Shown here piece by piece: positions 48,574-59,687 of a DNA stretch of 64,000 nucleotides. The notes under the pieces were generated by a model, which saw only the letters and a list, made by a program, of their open reading frames with translations, searched no databases and had not been told where the DNA came from. Every line of letters begins with the position of its first letter. Within the stretch, counting starts at the first letter, position 1. A program made the position numbers and the translations under genes. The stretch lies in assembly GCA_043228905.1 (NCBI GenBank), contig JBHGNT010000013.1, positions 5,208,001 to 5,272,000 on the forward strand, in the 5' to 3' direction. The DNA is from Azolla caroliniana. Lineage: Eukaryota > Plantae > Polypodiophyta.

Positions 48574-51500
48574 CTCTCTCTCTCCCGTGCATATTGTGCA
48601 AACCTAAGCTTTCCATTAGGAAACTGAACAACAGAAAACGCAGGTTTAATGGAAAGCTTAGGTTTGCATAGTATGCACGGGAGAGACAGAGAGAGAGAGA
48701 GTAAAAACAATTCAAAACCTAACACTCTGTACATACATCATGCTCAGTGAGCACCTTTTATACAAGCCCTGACAATGGGTTGACACAAGTACTGATGGTA
48801 CTTGACTGCTCATAAATGAGCCTCGACTCTTACTCCCAAAACTATTGCTTACGCGGAATATCTCTCTAACGGCCTTTCGGTTTACGCACCGATACGGCCT
48901 TCCTACGCACCGGTCTGCATACCAGTTTCCAACCGATCCGGTCTGACTGATCAGTCCCAACCGATCTGGTCCTCGGCTTGCTCAGCCGATCCAGCCGATC
49001 CAGCCGATGTTGAGCTTGTCTCTCAACACTCCCCCTCAAGCTCAACTTGAGGCTCTTCGGGATCTTCCTGATCACCGCTCTAGTTCCTCCTGGCTCCACG
49101 CCTCGCTCGCGCTCCTCGGCCTGTTTGACTCTGCGCGCTTCGACCCTTCCGGTCGGCTTGTCTTCTCCCATGGCCCTTCATAGGTCCCTTGCAGTCACGG
49201 TGTTGGCTCTTCTCCTGCTGCCTTCTTTTCTGCTTGGTCATCAGTTGATTCAGTGTATCCGAATGAAACATCCAAACCGACTCGGCTACTTCCGATCGGT
49301 TTTCGCTCTCGTCCGAGTTGGCTGTCTCCAACTCGTCTTCAGTCTTCTCTCCCTTGACGACGTCATCTCCCCCATGCTTGGTTGGCTTCGACTCTTTCTT
49401 TCGGTTGTTCCCCTTATGTCTGCTTCCGGACTCTTCCGCGGATCCGCCCTCGGCTTCTTCAGCCGATCCGAAGTCGGATTCGTCATCCGACTCGGTGTCG
49501 TGGCCTCTTCCGCTCCCTTCCTGCTCTCTTGCTCGGTCTTTTGAGACTGTTCTCCCCCTCAAGTTTGGCACTTCGAGGTGACGCAACCCAAGCGCACCCA
49601 AGAATTGCTGCAACTTGTCAAGACCAAGGGGCTTGGTGAAGATGTCGGCGGTTTGCCGATCCGTTGGAACATACTGAAGTTCGACTTCACCAGAAAGGAC
49701 ACGCTCATGGAAAAAATGGTAGTGCACCTCAATGTGCTTGGTCCGTGCATGGAGAACGGGGTTCTTCACGAGCTGGATGCTACTGAGGTTGTCGCAGTAG
49801 ATCATCGTCGAATCGGACACCTCCTCTTGCAGGTCCTTAAGTAGCCTCTTCAACCATATGGCTTCGCATGTTGCGACAACCACTCCTTTATACTCGGCTT
49901 CGGTGCTTGATAGTGCAACTGTCGGTTGCTTCTTACTGCTCCACGCTATCGCGGCACTCTCAAGAGAGAACGCTTATCCGGACGTGGATTGGCGATCGGC
50001 GGCGTTACCAACCCAATCAGCATCGGTGTAGCCGACCAACTGTGAGGCTGTACCGGTCCGATATAGCAGTTCCCGGTCCTTAGTGCCGCTTACGTACCGC
50101 AGTACACGTTGCGCACACTGAAGGGGCTCCTCGGTAGGCCGCGCCATGAATTGACTGATCACCCTGACTGGATAACTGAGATCGGGTCGGGTGATTGTCA
50201 AGTAGATAAGGATTCCGACAATTTGTCGGAACCTCGTCGGGTCGCATACCTTGCCGGAATTGGGGCAAAGCTTGACGGTTCTATCCAGAGGAGTTGAGAC
50301 GGATTTACAGTCGGCCATCCCGAATTTGAAGAGCATATTCAGCGTGTAATGACGTTGGCTGATCAGTATGCCTTCGGGGGTGCGGATCACTTCGATCCCG
50401 AGGATGTAATGAAGGTTCCCCAGATCCTTCATGTCGAATGATGCCGCAAGCTGGAGCTTCACGCGGTCGATTTCACCCAGGTTGGCGCCGGTGATGACCA
50501 AGTCATCAACATATAGTAAAACACTAACTGGCCCGAGTCGACCTTTCCGGATGAACAGTGAGGAGTCCGATTTTGACATTGCAAAGCCCATTCGACGCAG
50601 TTGCCGCATGATCTTCGCGTTCCAGGCACGCAGGGCTTGCTTCAGTCCATAAAGGGACTTCTTCAATCGGCACACTGCCAACGTGTTCGTTTTGGAGTGA
50701 AATCCGGGGGGCTGTACCATGTACACCTGTTCCTCAAGCTCACCTTGCAGGAACACATTCTTTACATCCATTTGATGTAAGTGCCACCCCTTTGTTGCAG
50801 CTACCGCGAGCAAAACACGGGCGGTCGTCATCTTCGCGGCCGGCGCCAACGTCTCATCATAGTCGATGCCGTGTTTTTGCGCGTAGCTTTTTGCTAGTAA
50901 CCGGGCCTTGTATCGGTTGACTGAGTTGTCAGTGTTGTACTTGACCTTGTACACCCACCTGTATCCGATCGGCTTTACACCCTTCGGTGCGTCAACCAGG
51001 TCCCAGGTCTCGTTTTCCGCCAATTCGTGCATCTCTTCCTCCATCGCGGCGCGCCAATTCGCGTCCTTAGCTGCTTCTGCGTAGCTCTCCGGCTCATGCA
51101 CTTCCGCTATACGGGTCATGTACGCATAATGATGCGCCATGTACTCGTTGTATCCGAACCACACAACTGGGTTGTTCTAGAAGGTAGATCAGCGTAATCG
51201 GTCATTAGGTGATGTTGAGGTCTTCTCGGCCGACGCAGACTTCGCTCTTGAAGACCCGTCACCGCTTCGCTCGGAGTCCGACTCGCGTCGGTCTGACTCG
51301 TTCCTATCTGTCCCAGAATCTGACACCTTCTTCTTCCCTTTCTCTTTGCGTGTAAGCCGTCTCCTCGGCTTCCTGCGTGGGGAATGCACGACCGAATCTC
51401 CACTACTCGCCGGCTCTTCATCGGACTAGTCGAACCGACTCAGTCGTCCATTCGGTCCACTTAACCGAAACGAAATCGGACTCTCTTCGCGGGTCCTGAT

Positions 51501-53993
51501 TTCAGGCTCATCTGGAGGCCTCTTAGTCTCACTGACCTCATCGTCAGAGCTCGGATTGGAGTTGAGATCCAAAGTCGGAGGCAAGTACCAGGACGCACAC
51601 TCATCAAACACAACGTCGCGGCTCACGCGCGCTTGTTTGGTGCACGGGTTATAACACTTATAACCCTTCTGGTTGTCCGAGTAACCGACCAAGATGCATT
51701 TCTCGGCCTTTGTGTCCAGCTTCCTCCGTTTCTCCTTCGGCACATGCACATACGCAATGCTACCGAAAACTCGTATGTATCACAAGTTCGGCTTCGTTCT
51801 GAAATATAGCTCGTGCGCCGACACTTTTTCTCTGATCCGTTTCTGGATGTATACCGTGGTTCATACCGCCTCAGCCTAGTAGAACTTGGGCAAGCTCTTC
51901 TCCTCCAACATTGCTTGTGCCGTTTCCACAACCGACCAATTTTTCCTCTCGGCCACGTCATTTTGCTCCGGCGTGTATCTACAACTGAATTCGCGCCGAA
52001 TTCCCATCTGTTGTAGATAACCATTGAATTGACTGGAAAAGTATTCTTTTCCGCCATCCGACCACATGCACTTGATCTTTCTTCTTGTTTCCGTTTCCAC
52101 GAACCCATTGAGGCCCCGGAAACAGTCGAAAACCTCGCTCTTTCTCTCAATGAGGTAGATCCATGTGTGTCACGTGTAGAAGTCGATGAAGGAGATGAAA
52201 TATCGACTCCTGCCAAGACTAACATTTTGTGCCGGCCCCCACACATTGGAGTGTATCAAGTCGAGCATGTTCCGGCTCCGGTTACGCTTGTTGGGGAAGG
52301 GAAGTCGGTGTTGCTTCCTAAGCTGGTAGGCTTCACAAATTTGTGCCTTCCGACCACTAAATTTGGGCAATCCAAGCATCACTTGTTTCGATTGCAGGTC
52401 TTGAAGTTGCTGGTAGTTGATGTGGCCTATCCGCTTGTGCCATAAGTCGATGCCACCGTCAGTAGAGTTGAGGATGAACATCCTCCCATCTCTGCGCCCT
52501 TGCGCAATAACACGGCCTTCTTCCTCAATGAAGCACCCACGGTGTGTAAACCGGACCTCCATCCCTTGGTCGACGATCTGTTCAACCGACACCAAGTTCT
52601 TCATGATTGTCGGGACGTGTAGCACGTTCATGAGTTTCCCTTTCTGCCCAACATGGCTCAGGGGAACTTCAACGACATTCGCGATCGGATGCGGAGTGTC
52701 GTCTCCGGTTGCGACTACTCCCGGTTGCATCAGTTTTTCTAGGTACAAGAACCACTCCTTATGGCTCGTCATGTGATTTGACACTCCGGAGTCGACGTAC
52801 CACACCTCGTCCGATTTCGGGGTGGTCTGCTTCATTGAGTTTGCTTCGTGTCTTGTCACGAAGACTAACCCTTTTCCAGCTTCTTTGGATCCTTCGGCGT
52901 AGTGCGATCGTTGCCGATTTCCTTTTTCGGTCTGTCCGGAACCTGATCCGGACTTGGTTCTCTCCGAATCGGCGCACTTTTTCCAGCACTTGCTCTCCCT
53001 GTGGCCTTTCTTGCCACAATACCAGCATTCCACGGCAGATTTCCCTTGCCGGTTCTCGTCGCCTCGACTCCCCTTGTTTCTGGAGGGTCCAGAATTGTTG
53101 TCGGCATGACTTCGGTGCCTTCGTCCTTGATCCCGTTGGCCGCCTCCATTGCGTACCGACTCGCCTCATCCGCCACGACCACGGGGCCTATCTCCCTCTG
53201 TGTACAATATCTTGCTGTCGGCATGCATGCTTGTCGATGCACCCGCGTAGTTCTCCTCTATAAGGAGCATCGACTGTAAGTCAATAAACGACGACGTATT
53301 TTCCCGTGTACACACAGCAGTTCGGAACGCTCCGAACTTTGACGCCAAACCCTTGAGACAGACCTGGACCATCTTGCTTTCCTCGATGTTCACATGGATG
53401 GAAGCTAAGGAGTCGTAGATGTCCTTGACCTTCGAGGTATAGTCAGCCACCGACAAATCGCGTTGTCGTAGGTTGCTTGTTACCCGGACCCGGATAGTCA
53501 GTTTTACCGAACAAGTGGGAAAGCGTCGAAAACAGAGTCGGTTCGGATCGACTGTTCGGATCAATGACTCAGTAGTAAACGAAGAGAACTAAGTTAGTTA
53601 GATAATTTTGTAATTCTTGATAGTAAGTAGGAATAGTTCTTGATGAGAAAAGACCTTCGGTATACCTATAAAAGGGAACCGAAGGCATTGTAAGAAAGGT
53701 CGTTTTATTTAGTAATATAAGTTTAAGTTAGGAATATCCTGTACGGATTCTGTGTTCTTTCTATTGTCTATGTTGTTAAGTGCAAGCTTCCTAATTTATA
53801 ACTAAGTAACGATCACGGTAATTACCGATTAATATAGTATAATTCCATTTGTAAAACACAATTCCTTGTTAGAACGTTGAGTAGCGACGTTCACTCTTCT
53901 GTATCGGTAGTAGTTAGTAATTAGCCGATTAACACAGAAGAATTTTGGCACGCCCGGTTACATCTGCAATTAAGCAGAGAACAAATCGAATGG

Positions 53994-56900
53994 ATGTCGT
54001 ATAAAGAGGAGACACCGGTCAGTGGTAAGCGCCCTCGTACAAGGTCAGTTACGAAGGCAGTGCAGGAAGCGTTCATTGCACAAGAACAGCCGGAATCAAG
54101 CACAAAGTGGTCGAAACTTCCTGACTTATCCGATCAATTACCTTCAGACGAAAAACAGACGGAAGAGGTATCGTTTTACGACATTTGGGACGATATGCCT
54201 TATACTTATTCTAAGTTCCGGGAAGGAACAGATGCGGAAGCACATGTTAGGGATTTCTTAACGACATGGGAGATTAACCATGGAGCTCAGCGATAGTCGG
54301 CAGATGCCGAAGATAAGTCAAAAATCGCTGAGTTCGTCTTATCATTAGACGGATATTCTGCCAATTGGTTTGCGCAGAACGGTCTTCAAGGATTTCCATC
54401 CTTTGAAGTGTTAACTAGTAAATTTTTACAATTATTTCATCAACAAATTCCGCAGAAGGATTTGATTGCGCAATTTTATGCGTTATATCAAGAAAAAAAT
54501 GAAACAGTATCTCAGTTTGTGATACGATTTCAGAACTTACAGCTTCAGATTTCAAGGCCGATTCCGGATAATGAATTAAAAGAAGTCTTTCTGGAAGCTG
54601 TAAAAGAACCATTAAGGACGACATTGAAAGTGTTCGATTTTCGAAATCAGACTATCGAACAAGTAATTGATAAAGCAATAGAAATGGGTCGACCACCGGT
54701 CAATGTTCAGAGTATGGACATGTCGGCATTACACCGTATATTACCGACAATAGAGGAGTTACAATTTCGACAAGCAGTTCAATGCACCACTTGTTTAAAT
54801 ACGGGGCATTCGGCAATTGAATGTACGTTAAGAACACATTGTACAATATGTCATTCAAAATTACATTCAGTAGAACAATGTGAATATAATCTGCTTAATA
54901 AGACTACGGCGTCAGTACGACAAATTTTTATTGACAATGGTTACCAAAATAACACTAATATGTTCAATGGTTATCAAAATAATAATTTTTCACAAAATCA
55001 GCAAAATGTACAACAAAATCCGGTTCTACAGCCAAATCAGATCTTTTCACAACAAAATATGCAACCCACTCAAGTGACTCAAGCATTTCAACCAGGTTTT
55101 GCTCAATCCAACCCATCATTCGTACAGAATCCAAATCAATATTTTCAACAAAATAATCAAAGTTTCCAACAAGGTAACCCACCATTTCAAGGGTTTCAAC
55201 AGAACTGTCCGAATGTGCAACCAAATTCTACATTTCAACCAAATCCGGCATTTCAACCGGGTAATATGACCTTTCAACATAATACTCAAACCGTTCCACA
55301 AAATAATCAAATGTTTCAACAGAATAATTTTCCGCCAAATCAGGAGTTCGGGATAACACAAAATGTAGCACAACCAAATGATAATACTGAACAATTTAGG
55401 CAGAATCGGTATAAAAACAAGAGATTTTACAAACCAAAAGCTACACGTCAATACCAACAAAACCCGAGTGGTAATGAAGAGCAGCAATTTAATAACGGCC
55501 AATTTGCACATGGAGAGACCAGTGCAACATTTGTACCCACTTGTTATATTTGTCGACAACTAGGCCATTATGCTAATCAATGTCCGGTTAAAGGAAAGGG
55601 TCTAGCAGTTAATATGGTAATACCGGAAGTTCAGCAAGTAACGACACGCAGCAAAAGCAAACAATCAGAGTGGGAAATTCAGGAAGAAGTTCGGAAGGCG
55701 GCAAAAGAATGGGTGGACGAAGCAAATCAAAGTAATGTGAATCGAATGTTACAAGACAATAACATTGACCAGAACATCGCTGTACAACAGTCATTGGGGA
55801 ATAAGGAACAGGAAGAAACTTGGAAACTGTTGGCTGATTGCCAAGTGTCATTGCCACTTACGGGCTTACTTAAGTTAGTACCAAGGTTTACAGAAAAAGT
55901 GGCAACATTAATTGCATATAAAGGTTCCGAACAAATAGCAGTACACTACAATCAGCCAAGTAATAACCCTTCGATCATGGATGAACAGAATCCGTCGATT
56001 AAGGTAATACTTTACGGGCAAGAAATCGGAAATGTGATTATAGATGGAGGCTCGGGTGTTAATGTGATTAACAAAACTACATGTGAAAAACTGGGAATCA
56101 CGGAATGGGAAGCATGTCCGTTTTGGTTACGAATGGCAGATACAAGTACGGTACGACCGATTGGTTTGCTTCGACAACTGGATGTAATAATCGGGGGACA
56201 CAGTTTTCAGATTTCGGCAGTAATTTTGCAGTTAGAAACACAGGGCGCATACCCCTTGTTATTGGGGAGACCATGGTTAAAGACAGCTAATATTAAACAA
56301 AATTGGAAACAAAATGTGCTAACATTTAGGAAAGGAAAAACTAAGGTCAGGATTCCGACGCACAACAAAGTGACAACAAGCAAACAGAGTTTACCTGTAC
56401 ATGCAGAAGCAGTTAATATGATGGAAGGATTGGACGAGGAAGAAGAAAGTCAGTATTTCAATGATAATCAGAAAATCATCCCTCTATTTGAGGTAGATAT
56501 TTTGCAAGCATTAACACCATATGTAGACTCACACGAAGAAGTGCCAATAGATGAGCAAACAATGAAAGAAATACGAATGCAACAAGAAGCTACAGATAAG
56601 GAAATGAAGGTATCTCAGAGAGTGCAAGCCTCAGCATTGGAGGAGATCGATTTGGCAGGAGTAGAGGATGCTGAAAGAAAAATAGTCTTGATTGCTAGAG
56701 ATTTGGCGGAAAATGACAAACGGACATTAACAACATTACTATTACAATATAAAGATGTTTTTGCATGGTCGTTTGACGATATGAAAGGTCTGGATCCCGC
56801 TTTTTGTCAACATCAAATCAATTTGCATAAAGATGCAAAGCCAGTACAACAACGCAGGTACAGGTTGAATCCGAATTATGCTATCAAAGTAAAAGAAGAA

Positions 56901-59486
56901 ATCGATAAACTCTTAAAAGTAGGATTTATTCGACCCGTCAAAAAATCAACATGGCTGAGTCCGATAGTAGTAGTCCCGAAAAAGAATGGGAAAATTCGCG
57001 TATGTGTGGATTACAGAAAATTGAATGCAGCGACAATTACGGATGCGTTTCCGTTGCCATTCACAGATGGGATATTAGATGCAGTAGCGGGACATGAAAT
57101 TTATAGTTTCTTGGATGGGTTCAGTGGGTACAACCAAGTACGGATGAATCCGGAAGATCAGGAAAAGACAGCTTTCGTCACAGAATGGGGTGTCTTTGTG
57201 GCAGTAGTAATGATGTTCGGTTTAAAAACAGCTCCAGCTAAATTTCAGCGGGTAATACAGGAAATATTCGGGGAATATATTCCAGCTTTCATGCAGGTGT
57301 TTTTAGATGATTTTGCGGTATATAGTCGGAAAGCTGATCATTTTGAGCATTTACGGCTATGTTTAGAAAAATGTCGAAAAGGGCGTCTTAGCTTAAATCC
57401 AGCCAAATGCGCATTCGGAGTAATGAGTGGTACGTTACTTGGGCATATTGTCAGTCAAGAAGGGATTGCAGTGGACCCAGACAAAGTTAAAGCAATTATT
57501 GAGGCAACACCACCAACAAATGCTAAAGCTCTAAGTAGATTTTTGGGTCAAATTCGGTGGCACAGTAGAATGATGAGATATCTAGCAGACATTGCTATTC
57601 CGTTACACACAGCAGTACACAAAGTTCCTTTTATATGGACAAGTATAGAACAAGATGCATACGAATGTCTCAAGAAGATGCTGACAAAGGTTCCGGTAGT
57701 TCAACCACCGGACTGGAACAAACCATTTCATGTTTTCGTCGATGCATCGGACATTGCCATAGGCAGTGCTTTAATGCAATTATCCGAACCAAACTGGTAT
57801 AGGCCGGTATACTATGCCAGTAGGAAACTTTCGTCGGCCGAAAGAAACTATTCAACAACCGAAAGAGAAGCTTTGGGAATGATATATAGTGTGAACAAAT
57901 TTCGACATTACCTTTTGGGTAAGAAATTTACATTTCATGTGGATCATTCGGCTCTACTGTATCTAGTTTCCAAACAAGAATTGACAGGCAAGTTAGCCAG
58001 ATGGACGTTATTGCTTCAAGAGTTTGAATTCGACATTATACATCGACCAGGAGCACAGCACGCGATTGCTGACTATCTCAGTCGGCTTGAGTCTAGAGAA
58101 GAAGCGGTTGGGGTTAAAGATGATTTTCCAGATACTCAATTATTTCGGGTTGAGGCAGTAAAAGCACAAGAAGTGAATGAGGAAAAAGAGGATGAATGGA
58201 TTTCCGAAATGACGATATTTCTATCAACAGGAATTCCGGCCGAACACATGTCGACAGATGAAAGAAAAAGAATTGCAGTACGAAGTCGGAATTTTTGTTT
58301 ATTTAATGACATGTTGTATCATAAAGGAGCAGATGGAATATGGCGAAGGGCAGTACGGAAATTTGAAAAATCAGCCATATTAACAGAGTCACATTGTGGA
58401 ATTGCTGGCGGTCATTACGCAGGAGAAGCAACAGCCAGAAAAATATGGAATAGCGGGTTATGGTGGCCAACGGTGATGAAAGATGCTAACAAATACTGTA
58501 AGAAATGCGATTTGTGTCAAAGAATGGGGCAACCGACCGAAAAGGATCGAATGCCTTTTCAACCGGTTTTACCTCTTGAGCCATTTCAGAAATGGGGCTT
58601 AGATTTTGTTGGCCCATTCAAACCAGCAGCTGCAAGAACCGGTAATCGATATATCATAATTGCGACTGACTATTGCACAAAATGGGTTGAAGCAAAAGCT
58701 CTCAGGGACAATACAGCAGCATCCACAGCAAAATTCCTGTATGAAAATATATGGTGTCGATTCGGTTGCCCAATAGAATTGGTAAGCGATCAAGGCACTC
58801 ATTTTATTAACAAGTTAATTAACGAATTAACCAATTACTATGCCGTAGTTCATAAGAAAAGTACGCCTTACTATCCCCAAGCTAATGGATTGGCAGAATC
58901 GACAAATAAAACAATTCAAACAATTTTAAAGAAGATAGTGAATGAAAATCGTACTGATTGGGATCAAAAGTTAAATAGTGCATTATGGGCATATCGTACT
59001 TCATACAAAACATCCATTAAATCAACACCTTTCCGAATGGCATTCGGACTTGAAGCCGTTATGCCGATCGAATTTCAAATTCCGACACTTCGTATCCAAG
59101 CGACGAATAAGTTAAATGAAATAGAATCGGAGCAGATACGCAAAGAGGCTTTATTAGTATTAGAAGAAGAACGGATTCAATCAATGTCAGCACTAGAACA
59201 CAAGCAGAGACAAATCAAGGCATTCGTAAATCGACATCGAAGGAAATCGGAAGAGCAATTCGAAATTGGGAAACTGGTATTGGTATTCCAAACGAGAATG
59301 GGACTTATGCCTGGGAAACTCCGGTATAGATGGACAGGTCCAGTATGGATAATTAATAGTAAAAATGGTACGTATCAGCTGGGATCATTAACCGGAGAGG
59401 TTTTACCGAAATGGGTAAATGGATTCCGGCTTAAACCGTATTTGGGAGATATGCCGGTAAATCCGTTTATTCAAACGGAAGAGTAA
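53994..59486 (+). CDS. Gypsy gag-pol polyprotein (~1830 codons), one premature TAG at 54294-54296
   Basis: ORFs 53994 and 54408 are in frame; three CCHC knuckles, protease IIDGGSG, RT LDGFSGYNQ and VFLDDF, RH FVDASD, integrase HCGIAGGH..CDLC and WGLDFVGP, WTGP tail; no chromodomain. Confidence 0.93.
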
Positions 59487-59687
59487 AAAAAAAAAAAAAA
59501 AAAAAAGCTAACTAACTAACTCAATAGTTCTTGTCAAATGCAGAAATACAATCTTGCCATAACAGTCTGAATCGACTATAAATAGAAAGAGGAATTGCAT
59601 GATTATTAGTAAGTAGTACAACCACTACACGTAGAGTTAATACTAATTAATTCCTACATTAATAGCTATTACTATTCTTTAGTCATA

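Noticed and set aside
54294-54296. Programmed stop-codon readthrough in gag
   Set aside because: The TAG lies early in gag, not at the gag-pol boundary, and is most simply a point mutation.
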